Assembly (NCBI GenBank): GCA_043228905.1
Contig: JBHGNT010000004.1
Span: 15,500,001-15,564,000 of the forward strand
Direction of reading: 5' to 3'
Length of the DNA: 64,000 bases
DNA from: Azolla caroliniana
Taxonomy: Eukaryota; Plantae; Polypodiophyta
This document shows, one piece after another, positions 35,689-46,674 of the stretch. The notes below the pieces were generated by a model that did not search any database, was not told the origin of the DNA, and was given only the letters and a program-made list of their open reading frames with translations. How positions within the stretch are numbered: position 1 is the first letter of the stretch; every line of letters begins with the position of its first letter. The position numbers were made by a program, and so were the translations under genes.

Positions 35689-35706
35689 TTCACGTCGGGT
35701 TCACCA
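35689..35706 (-). promoter_or_regulatory. PBS complementary to tRNA-Trp
   Basis: TGGTGAACCCGACGTGAA, matching the recalled plant tRNA-Trp 3' end TTCACGTCGGGTTCACCA. Identical at 49885-49902. Confidence 0.85.
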
Positions 35707-36978
35707 AAGATGTCGCGTTGTTACGCGCGTGCGTGGAGAAAGGCGGGATCACGGAGGTCTTGGACCAGGGAGTGTTGGAGCGTAGGAAGTCGGGCTTCAC
35801 CGTTCCCGGGGCATCTCAAAAGCACACCGGAAGCAACCGAGGGGAGAGAGAGAGAGAGAGCGCTTAACATCGACTCACGCACACACACACATGCTAACCC
35901 GCCTCGCGCCCTCATGTACAGGAAACGCAGGAAAGGGGAAAACACCCGACACGAACATAGACGCGAATATACACAAACAGACTCAAACATATATATATGT
36001 ATAAACAGAAGAATACATTCCCGGCTTCGAGCCGAACTGAGGTAGGTTACAGTAGTCATTTGCTGCCAAGCCGCCGTCGGGGAGCTCTCAGCTCGTCGCG
36101 CCGAGCGGGGTCTTGCACAGGAGGCCAAACCAAAGCAAACCCTAAGCAAAACACGAAGAAGGAGAAGAAGAAGAAGAAGAACCTAACTCTAAACCTAACA
36201 GTATACCCTCTAATGCAAAAATGGGCAACCCCCACAATGGTGCCTTCTCTCTCCTTTTATGGCACAAGGAGGGAAGACCGCTTACAAAAGTGAGACTAAA
36301 ATATCCCCTTTCATTCAAAGGGGATATTTGCCTTGATTTGGGGGAGGGTGAGATTGATGGCCCCTTAACTCCCACCTCCTCACAAACAACTAGGTACCTA
36401 TGTACCGCATAGTACCTCTCTCTCTCTCTCTCTCGCGTGGATGTGCGTACAACCACATCACCGGCCTACCTTTATTACTATTACAAACACATTATGTACG
36501 TGTGCAACATTGCGCATCGCTCTTTGGCTCTCGTTGCTCGGGTTTCCGCTTGTGGACGAAAATCTTCACGACAACGGCAGAATGACTTACGGCACAACGC
36601 TTAATTAGACCTTAATCGATTACTTAGCCATCCATAATTAACACGCATAAGATATGACAATAATTAAAGAACGATAATCAACACTGAAGATTAAGACAAT
36701 AAGCTTTATTAATTATCCGCTGCTGATTACATTGTAACCGGGCCTTTATATAGGTCTCTGGTGTGAAATACAAAACGGTGCCAACCGGCACCTTTACGGG
36801 ATCGTTCCGGATCCGGATCGGCATACCGATTCCAGTTCGTCCGTCCACATCTTCTTATATAATAATATATATATATATATATATATTAAGACTACTAATT
36901 ACAACAGTTCCCGAATAACTATTCCTTTCACGCTCTGGTTTGGACCTCCTTAAGCCTTCTTTGCCGGCCGGTAACACA

Positions 36979-37376
36979 TGGCACGCCCGTGGGACAGTAC
37001 CTTGTACGTCGAACCCACTATCCGGCCCTTTTACGCTTCGTCCAAAATGTCCAGAATGCTTTGCTCCAAAATTTCCAATGGCTCGTCGGGAATCTGTTGT
37101 TGGTGTTGTGGCTGCTGTTGTTGCTCCATTTGTGGCTGTGGTTGCTGCTCCGTTTGTTGCTCTAGCATCAGCGTTACCATCGTTGGTTCCTCCGTCGGAG
37201 TTGTCTGTAGCTGACTAACCCCGGCCTGTTCCCTCTCCGGTCTTTGCACCGGCGACGGTTCCTCATCACTAAGGTTGACCGTTGCCGCCTTTCGCGCTTT
37301 TTCTTCCCGGAGCCGGGACCGCTCATAGTTTTTGAACTGGATTTGAGCCTCCAGCCGATCATCGTCCAGTTGAGCT
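36979..37376 (-). pseudogene. tRNA mimic plus 3' end of ORF2 (inverted copy of about 41565-41964)
   Basis: AQLDDDRLEAQIQF...ILDEA* followed by GATAGTGGGTTCGA...GGGCGTGCCA. Confidence 0.88.
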
Positions 37377-38039
37377 ATGAGCCCGCCGGTATGGTTAGCA
37401 TTCGGATTGGAGGCAGTCATGCTGGTCGAGTTCCAGATACCAAGCTTACGGATTCAGATTCGGGAACGATTGAACGAAAAGGAATCGGAGGCAATTCGGT
37501 TAAAGGCTCTGTGCGAACTGGAAGAACATCGACTGGCGAGCATTATGCACCTGGAATTGGAACAACGGAGACGGAAAGTATTTGTAGATCGGCACCGGAA
37601 GGGAAACGAAAAGATGTTTGGGACCGGCAAGCCGGTACTCGTGTTCTAGACCCGGATGGGCAAAATGCCAAGTAAACTACGGTTTAGATGGACCGGACCG
37701 TATTGGATCACACGCGACTTCAATGGGTCCTACCAGTTGGGGACACTTGCCGGAGAAATGATGGGCAAATGGGTCAATGGATTTAGACTAAAACCATACA
37801 AAGGACCTATACCTAAGAACCCATTTGAACGAAAGGCCGCCACCGAATCAGACGCCGGCAGGCCAACCATAACGGCAACGGCTACCACCAAGCCAGTAAG
37901 GGGGAGCATGAGCCGGCAACCAAGGAGAGCAGAACGACGGCAAACTGTCAAGAGGCTAGCAAGTTGCATGCTTCGGGCAAGGGTCCGACAGGACCGGAGA
38001 AAAACTAACCACACAAGTAAAGAAATAATAAATAAATAA
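37377..38039 (+). pseudogene. Tat-like integrase C-terminal fragment
   Basis: LAFGLEAVMLVEFQIPSLRI and KLRFRWTGPYWI...WVNGFRLKPY (GPY/F module). No chromodomain. Confidence 0.85.
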
Positions 38040-38084
38040 ATAAAATAAAAAATCACGGAGCGAATCAAATAAATCAAATAAATC

Positions 38085-41000
38085 ATGGAAAGGAGTGGTG
38101 GAAACGGCCATGCACACGAGGAATAAAGAGAGACGTCGAAAAGGTACGAGGAGCTATGAATAGGACATTAAACCACCGCCACATGGCACGCAAGGATTTT
38201 ATAGTACACGAGCTGCACATGCGGAGGCTCGAAAAAGGCGCCAAGATGCAGAGAGAAAAACCCCCACGCATCAAGACCTTCGCCTATCGCGAACCAAGGA
38301 GAACAGACGCAGAGCGACACGAGAAGATAAATCATAGAGAGATTGCACACAGAGAACCCCCTCCCTCAGAACTTTCTCTCTCACACTCTCCCCACCATCA
38401 AACCTCGCCAACGTTGTCCGACCTCGACGCAGAGATGGATTACCAAACGCTGTCTGAAGCCGCCAATAAATGGTTACGGCAGCACGGTCTGGAGGGTTTC
38501 TTAACGATCATGGAGGTGGCGCCACACAAAGAGGCCGAGAAGATTATAAAAGAAATCGACACGGAGGTGATCACGGAGGAGGCGATCCGTGCGTTAATAG
38601 GCCTTCCGGAGGGAGGTATCTACACAATCGACAATCCTACCTCCGAGCAATTCATCAAATATTTCGGTGAGTACTCACTAGCCAGCAAGGGCTACAGGAC
38701 ACAGGGCGGCGAAGTTATGCTATTCCGTGAAATTGCCCGTGTGCTCCATGAGTTCGGCCACGTGTACCCTCGACCCCCCGTCATGCCTCAGAACCGAGTA
38801 GGCTTGAGCATCGCGACGTACGAAGTGGTCAAGGTGGATTGGCCGGTGCTGATCGTCGACGGGCTGTGCACGACGATTGATATAGTAAGAGGAAAGGACG
38901 GCAAGGAAGGCCGGAAAATATGGCATGCGGTAACACAATGGCTCACCCTGTTGGCACCACCGGTCGAGCCCATCCAAACCAAGAAGCGGGGAAGAGCAAC
39001 AGACGGCATCCCGAAACCTGCTACGAAACAACAACAACTATTGGCCTCCAAGGCCACCAAGGGGAAGACTGCCGACGCAGAAAAGGCGGCGAAGGAGCAC
39101 ACCAGCCGGAAGCGGCCGACGGATGCAAGTGAGGAGACACTGGCACGGCTCTTGAAGAGCCCACTCCACCGACCGGGGCAGTAGGAAACGGACACCTTGG
39201 CGGCAAGAATGAATGTCGGGACTCAAGCAGAAGAAATGGAGGAAGAACCCACAGAGCACCTCTAGCGGAGGCCGGTGAAGAGCACCGCTGAATCAGCTGG
39301 GAAGCGTTCAGACCCACAAAAGGATGGAACGCCCGCAACTCACGTTGAGAAACCAATGCCAAGGGAGGCACCGAAACAAGCAGCACCGGCAAGCCCCGTC
39401 ACCCAAGAGCCGGATATACAAAGGCCAACCGCCCCAGCCGGCCAAGAACAAGCAGACAAGGGGCGACTAGCCGAAGCACGCTAAGAGCCGACGCAGCTCG
39501 ACGCAAAAAGGCGAGACCAACCACCGGCGAGTGAACCCATCAGCCAACTCTTCGTGCAAGCGTAACAACAGTGCACCGGCAGCCAATGGCTCCGGTGGAT
39601 AGGAGACCAAATTGCCGGAGTAGTCGGATGCATAGAGGCGGAGGAAAGAGCGCAAACGGAACGGTTGCTCGTCACAACCGATGAACTGGAGACGGTGCGT
39701 GGAGAAAGGCGGGACCACGGGGGTCTTGGACCAGGGAGCGACGGAGCATAGGAAGTCGCACTTCACCGTTTCTGGGCACCCCTGAAACGCACCGGGAGCA
39801 GCCGAAGGGAGAGAGGGAGTGAGAGAGCGTGCTTGACACCGACTCACGCGCGCACGCACACACACGCACACACGCACACACACACGCACACACACACGCA
39901 CACTCTTGTACAGGAAACGCAGGGAAGGAGGGGAGCACCCGACACCAACAAGACGCCAATATACACAGACAGACGCAAAAGTATATGTATATATATATAT
40001 ATATGTAGAATAGAATACACTCCCGGCTTCGAGCCGGACCAAGATAGTTTACAACAGTCGTCTACTGTCAAGCCGCCGTCGGGGAGCTCTCGGGCTCGTC
40101 GCGCCGAGCGGGGTCTTGCACAGGAGATAAGCTGCAGCCAACCCTAAACGAACACGAAGGGGAAGAAGAAGAAGCAGAAAAAACCTAACCCTAAACCTAC
40201 CGGTATACCCTCTAATCCAAAATGGGCAACCCTTTTTCAAAGGGCGTTCCCTCCCTTTTATAGAACAAGGAGAGGGATGCGTTACAATGTGGGACAAATC
40301 CCGACCTTCATGGAATCGTCTATCCCGATTTGACTACTCTTCGGCGCCATAAAGGCGCCCTCGATATTCACACCAAATGTACATGGGTGCGTACACACGC
40401 TGCACCCCGCCGATGTAGTCAATGTTTCCCGGTTTTCTCCTATGGCCGAAATTCTTCACGACAACGGCCCGGTCAAGGATCCGGGGCCTTGAACAAGACT
40501 TGGATCGGATCACATGAGATATGGCCAAAATGGCCTTAACCGCAACGCAGGTCCAAGCACCAGTGACTTCGGTTGATGTACAGAAGAATAAGACCCCGGA
40601 GACACAAACTATCCCGGAGAAAGAGGCGGCGCAAGCCCAAGAGCTTGCGGAATTACGAGATGAGCTCGCCGCACAAGAAGCATTACGGAGCCGCGAACGC
40701 GACTTGAAGAAGGCGGCCGAAGAAGAATTAAGAAAGACTACTGAGAACCTTCGCCAGACAGAGGAAAACCTGCGTAAAGGACATCATGCTTACGACCGGC
40801 TGAAGGAGGAAAAGGAGAAAGTGTTGTAGGAAAAAGACAAGCTGCGACGGATGGCGGAGATGAAAATAGAGAGGCTGAAGGAAGAGCTCTGTCAACAGAA
40901 GGACAGGGAGGACCGCACGCGCCGTCAGATCAACCAACGACTAAAGCAAAAGACCGATGATTTCGATCATTTGCATCGGGACTACAAGCAGCTAGAGATA

Positions 41001-41912
41001 GAGCATAAGCAACAACAGGAATGGATGGCTGAGCTCCGGCAAGAAGTTGATAGGGCCACAACGGCACTCGCCGAAGAACGAGCGGAAAGTTCCAGGCTAT
41101 TGGTGGAAGCGGCGAATGACCGGATAGAGCTCCACAAACAGAACCATGAAGACAAGGAAAGAGAGACAATGGTACTACAGAGGTTCCAAACAACCTATCA
41201 AACTCAATTGTCGCATTATAGGGAGCAGGAGGCGGACACGGTTTGGATCATCAAGCAATTGAAGGAGGAGTGACAAGCCGCAAAAAATAAATCACAGATG
41301 GGAGCCGAACGAATCCAGTGCATCCTCCGGTCATGGCTCACTAAAACCAAAAGCTTGATCGATGACAGCTCTGTGCGTTGGTGGGCAAAATGGGCACAAA
41401 ATACGGCGGAACTCCAATTGCTTAGGGCGTACGTTGAAAACCGGCGAAAGGAGGGCGACGACAGCTATATGCTGACCTCGGAGGACTTCACCACCATCAG
41501 GGATGAGCTGGTGGAAGATTTCACAGCCATGGCGGATGAACAATTGGTGCAGGTCCGGCAGCTCGTAGCTCAACTGGACGATGATCGGCTGGAGGCTCAA
41601 ATCCAGTTCGAAAGCTATGAGCGGTCCCGGCTCCAGGAAGAAAAAGCACGAAAGGCGGCAACGGTCAACCTTAGTGATGAGGAACCGTCGCCGGTGCAAA
41701 GACCGGAGGGGGAACAGGCCAGGGTCAGTCAGCTACAGACAACTCCGACGGAGGAACCAACGACGGTAACGTCGGTGCCAGAGCAACAAAGGGAGTAGCA
41801 GCCACAGCCACAAACGGAGCAACAACAGCAACCACAGCAGCAACAACAGATTCCCGACGAGCCATTGGAAATTTTGGAGCAAAGCATTTTGGACATTTTT
41901 GACGAAGCGTAA
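38085..41912 (+). pseudogene. Full-length ORF2 of subfamily Y with stops, split by a solo LTR
   Basis: ORFs 38156-39184, 40521-40829, 40851-41273 and 41298-41798 are colinear with 20785-23655. Confidence 0.9.
39696..40463 (-). mobile_element. Solo LTR of the Trp-primed group, with a shortened 3' end
   Basis: TSD ACGG (39692-39695 and 40464-40467). Homologous to the W LTR but begins at TGCGTGGAGAAAGG. Confidence 0.9.
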
Positions 41913-41920
41913 AAGGGCCG

Positions 41921-41964
41921 GATAGTGGGTTCGACGTACAAGGTACTGTCCCACGGGTGTGCCA
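41921..41964 (+). other. tRNA-Arg 3'-half mimic in the PPT position (subfamily Y)
   Basis: GATAGTGGGTTCGA-CGTACAAGGTACT-GTCCCACGGGTGTGCCA-TG|LTR. Confidence 0.75.
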
Positions 41965-41966
41965 TG

Positions 41967-42432
41967 TGTTACCGGCTGGCAAAGAAGGCTTAAGGAGGTC
42001 CAAACCAGAGTGTGAAAGGAATAGTTATTCGAGAACTGTTGTAATTAGTAGTCTTAATATATATATATATATTATTATGTAAGAAGATGTGGACGGACGG
42101 ACCGGAATCGGTATGTCGATACGGATCCGGAACGATCCCATAAAGGTGCCGGTTGGCACCGTTTTGTATTTCACACCGGAGACCTATATAAAGGCCCGGT
42201 TACAATGTAATCAGCAACGAATAATTAATAAAGCTTATTGTCTTAATCTTCAGTGTTGATTACCGTTCTGTATTCATTGTTATATCTTACGCGTGTTAAT
42301 TACGGATGACTAAGTAATCAATTAAGGTCTAATTAAGCGTTTTGCCGTAAGTCATTCTATCGTACCACCCTTTGGTGACGTGTCTTAAGTGGACACCCTG
42401 TGTTAGGCTGTTGTCCGGCCCTAGCAATAATA
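41967..42432 (+). repeat. Single Y LTR shared between upstream ORF2 and downstream gag
   Basis: TGTTACC...AATAATA. TATA box CTATATAAA near 42184-42192, AATAAA near 42227, PBS TGGCGACCAC at 42440-42449. Confidence 0.9.
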
Positions 42433-42487
42433 CAGTTTTTGGCGACCACGATTCCTGCATAATCGTAGTGAACAGCGGCAGGAATGG

Positions 42488-45400
42488 ATGACTAGGCCAA
42501 CAGACGACCCGGTTACGGAAAGAGCACGAAGACTTGTTGAACGGAGACGGCGGCGAGAGGCTTTCCAGCAAGCAACGGAAGAAATCCGAACGGATCGATC
42601 ATTTTCCAAAGTGATCCGGAAAGGAACAAAACGCCTACCCGGACAAAGGAAGCAACTTAAGCAGCCTCCGGGAAGCGGAAACCCTTCTCCAAGCCTTGGC
42701 CGGAAGAGACGGCGAATCCGAAGCATTTTCGGAAGGGGGTTACAGCGCGCATACGAACTATCGCAGCAGTAACGACACCCCAACAGGACCGGAGGACGAG
42801 GAGTCGGATACCTTACCGACACCGGAACCAGAGTTGGCAGACCGAGAACCTCCGGCACTCGTCGTGGAGCAACCTCCGGAGACGGAAGTGCACCGGCAAA
42901 AACCTCCAACACCGGAAGTCGATCCGGCAACACCAAAGGAAGACCGGCAAAGACCTCAGACGCCGGTGGAACGGCAGGAAAGACCACTGACACCGCCAGG
43001 CCACGTACCGACACCGGACGACGATATGTCGTTCCAGTACTCCAAGTATTGGGATGACCCGGACGCGGAGGCTCATGTTCACGCATTTGAACAAACATGG
43101 GAAGCGAACCATGTGTCACAAAGGCTAACCGCGGTAGAAGAGGAACGATCTAAGATAGCTGAATTCGGCGTAACATTAGAAGAACCGGCCGCTAGATGGC
43201 ACCGGATGCAGGATCGCAGCACCATCACCACCTTTGCGGACCTAAAAGACAAATTCTTGCACTTCTTCTAGAAGGAGGTGGATCAACGAGAAATGGTGGG
43301 CTTATTTTATACAATTCGGTAGGATCCCGGGGAGAGCATCCCGCAATTTGTAATCCGGTTTCAACGGATGCACAGCCAGCTTACCCGCGCACCTCAGGAG
43401 GAAGAAACGCGGGCTATATTTTTAGCCGCGCTCCGGAAACCTTTACGAACGGTATGCACGGTCATCGACTTTTGCACATGCATCGTCGACTTGGTCATCG
43501 ATCGGGTAAGAGAAATGGAGAAAACGAGCTCTTGGCTGACAATGGGAGCCCTCCAACGAGCATTACCAACCGATGAGGATCTCCGTTTCCGGCAAGCAAT
43601 CCAATGCACAGCCTGCTTGAATTCCGGACACTCGTCACTGGAGTGCACCATGCGGACGCACTGCTTACTCTGCCAATCTACGAGCCACACGATGGACTGG
43701 TGCGAATATAACTTATTGAATCGGCAAGCTCCACCAGTCCGGCAAATGGAGCCACGTAGCAGCCGAGATGAAGAAGACAAACGCTGGCGACAAGAGGAGC
43801 GATATCGACCGGCACAAGATGTCCGGTACGACAATCGGCGAGACAATTATGACCGGTACAAGAGATATGACAAGTACCGAGATTACAATGGACGGTACGA
43901 GCATCACAACCAGGATCACTCCCCCGGGTATCACCAACGATGGGAAGATTACGAGAGGTATGACGACCAACCCCGGCAAGGGTACTGCAACAAAAAGAAC
44001 TTTAATAAAAAACGACATTTCAAAAACGAGAGCCACCCACGTGAACCGGAAAAAGGCGCCTCAAGCAGCCAACCAGACCAGAGCCCCGCGGTTACCACAA
44101 GTCCTCCACCGGGTACAAGAAACAATGTCGAATCCAGCAACACCCGGAAAGCATATTGCTATTATTGCCGGCAAGAAGGACATTATAGTAATCAATGTCC
44201 GGCAAAAAGCTATGATAAGCGACCGGCAGTAAACATGGAAGTCGCCGAAGTCGCAGACCTCCAGCAGGTCACCACAAGGTCGAAGGGGAAGACTACGGAA
44301 TGGGAGACACAAGAGGCCATCCGGAAACAGGCAACGAAATGGGTGAAAAAGGCAAATGAGCGAAACGTAGCAAAACTCGCGAAACAGAAGGAGAACACCG
44401 AAGAGCTCGCCGGCGGCAGTCATTCCGAAAACGTGACATGGCAAGTATTGCAGGAATGCCATATCACGCTGCCATTAGGACGACTCTTGCAGCTAGTACC
44501 AAGATTCACAGAAGGACTCAAGTCCGGCATGACGACAGGCGGAACACCACCGGCTTCGGCATTCTTCTCAAATCCGGAAGAAGGACTGGCCGTGGTGGAC
44601 ACCAACAGTCCTGCAATTACGGCCATTGTGAAAGGGAAAGAACTCCCCGGCACGATAATAGACGGAGGCTCCGGCGTTAATGTAATCAACCTCCGGACAT
44701 GCGATGCTCTTGGAATCCGAGAGTGGGAGCCACGTCCATTCTGGCTCCGAATGGCGGACACAAGCTCGATGCGACCAACAGGATTAATACGGAACTTGGA
44801 AGTAACCATCGGGGGCCACACATTCTGAATCTCAGCCGTAGTTCTCTAGTTGCAGGCTCAAGGAGCGTACCCATTATTGTTGGGACGCCCTTGGTTAAAA
44901 ACGGCACATATCAAGCAGAACTGGAGGAGGAATATGATTACGTTCCGGCGGGGAAAAGCGAAGGTACGGGTACCAACAGAACCAAGGAAGGGCACCGGCA
45001 AGGATCTGACACCGTTATATGCGGAGTGTGTCAATACGCTAGAGGGATTAGCAGACGAAGAAGAAGAGCAGTACTTGCTGGAGAACCCGAAGATTGTACC
45101 CCTATTCGAAATTGACGTCGCGGAAGTGGTATCACCCTACTTACTGCAACCGGACGGAACCGAAGCGGAACCGGATAAAGAAGCAATCCGGGAGTTACGG
45201 CATGCGCAGGAGGCGTTGGAAAGGGAAATGGCCGTATCCCAGCGCGTAAAAGCGTCCCAATTAGAAGAGGTAAATCTAGGAACGGCGGAGGAGGCAAAAC
45301 CGGTGCACATTGCCAAAGAAATGAATGCAGAGAACAAAACGGCGATAATTACACTCCTCAACGAGTTTCGCGACGTCTTTGCCTGGTCTTACGAGGATAT

Positions 45401-45645
45401 GAGAGGCCTAGACCCTCAGTTGTATCAGCACCAGATACATCTGAGCAAAGACGCCAAGCCGGTAGCACAGTGTCGGTACCGGATGAACCCAAACTACGCC
45501 GCCAAAGTCAAGGAGGAGATCGACAAATTGCTGAGGGTTGGCTTCATCCGTCCCGTAAAGAAATCTACCTGGCTGAGCCCGATCGTAGTCGTACCGAAAA
45601 AGAACGGCAAAATTAGAGTTTGTGTCGACTACCGGAATCTCAATG
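42488..45645 (+). pseudogene. Y gag-PR-RT (partial), degenerate
   Basis: Colinear with 23595-27365. Breaks after VCVDYRNLNA. Confidence 0.92.
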
Positions 45646-46164
45646 CCGGAAGTGGCCGACGAATGCAAGTGAGGAGACACCAGCACGGCTCTTGAAGATC
45701 CCACTCCACCAACTGGGGCAGCAGGAAACGGACACCTTGGCGGCAAGAATGAATGTCGGGACTCAGGCAGAAGAAATGGAGGAAGAACCCACGGAGCACC
45801 TCCAGCGGAGGCCGGTGAAGAGCACCGCTTAATCAACCGAGAAGCGTTCGGACCCATAGAAGGATGGAACGCCTGCAACTCACGTTGAGCAACCCACGCC
45901 AAGGGAGGCACCGGAACCGGTTCGGATGGAACCGGTCACAGAAGCCCCGGCACAACAGGCAACACCGGCAAGTCCCGTCACCCAAGAGCCAGATATACAA
46001 AGGCCAACCACCCCAGCCGACCAAGAACAAGCAGACAAGGGGCGACTAGCCGAAGCACGCTCAGAGCCGAAGCAGCTCGACGCAGAAAGGCGGGACCAGC
46101 CACCGGCGAGTGAACCCATCAGCCAACTCTCCGTGCAAGCGCAACAACAGTGCACCGACAGCCA
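45646..46164 (+). repeat. Duplicated internal ORF2 fragment (copy of about 39106-39585)
   Basis: CCGGAAGYGGCCGACG.ATGCAAGTGAGGAG...TGCACCG.CAGCCAA shared between the two copies. Confidence 0.88.
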
Positions 46165-46674
46165 AAAGGTATTATAGGTTTTAGGGTTAGGGTAAAGGAT
46201 GATGATAATCATGATGATTGATGATAAAGATAGACATGGTGGGTGTGATGATGATGGAGAGTATGATGGTGAGAGAGATCATGAAGAGGTTGAGAATCAT
46301 TGAGACGCATTGTGGGGTGGGGGGTGGTGCCTAGAATGGCTCCACCCCCCTCCCAAGGGGGTTCATCGTTAAGGGGAGGGAAGAGAGAGAGAAAGAGATG
46401 ATAAGAGAGATTTAGAGAGAAATTGATTATTGTTTTATTCATTCATTCCCCATAAGGGGTTAAATAGGTACAAAGGGGTAGATCCACAAGGCTGCAAGCC
46501 CCCTTGGCATTCACACCTAGTCACTCACTCACACCTCTTTGTATCTACCACACTCACACTTACATTCACACTCATAATCCTATAAAATCACACATACATA
46601 TCAACACATTACATCTTTCACCCTCACTTATCACACTTATCAATCATCCGTACATCTCATACGGTAACATGACG

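Larger units (their letters stand above)
31506..36573 (-). mobile_element. Non-autonomous Trp-primed Gypsy element W (gag only, no pol)
   Basis: LTRs 31506-32361 and 35711-36573, PBS 35689-35706, PPT-like TTAGGTGGGGGCGGA 32362-32376, 4-bp TSD ACGG. Confidence 0.92.
31433..36976 (-). repeat. LTR of Tat-like subfamily Y, split by element W
   Basis: 31433-31505 plus 36578-36976 is the reverse complement of 41967-42432 and is homologous to the Z LTR. Confidence 0.9.
28594..46669 (-). mobile_element. 18-kb composite element X: LARD-like shell carrying rearranged Tat-like (Y) sequence and nested elements
   Basis: 500-bp direct LTRs at 28594-29093 and 46170-46669. TSD TGACG (28589-28593 and 46670-46674) in copia gag. 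Confidence 0.9.

Noticed and set aside
32395-36045. Long plus-strand ORFs (358, 298 and 321 aa) as host genes
   Set aside because: Antisense shadows of the GC-rich W sequence with no recognisable motifs
41921-41964. Functional tRNA gene (also at 49150-49210 and 49500-49565)
   Set aside because: No complete cloverleaf. Only a 3' half with an insertion, or A/B boxes without acceptor pairing.
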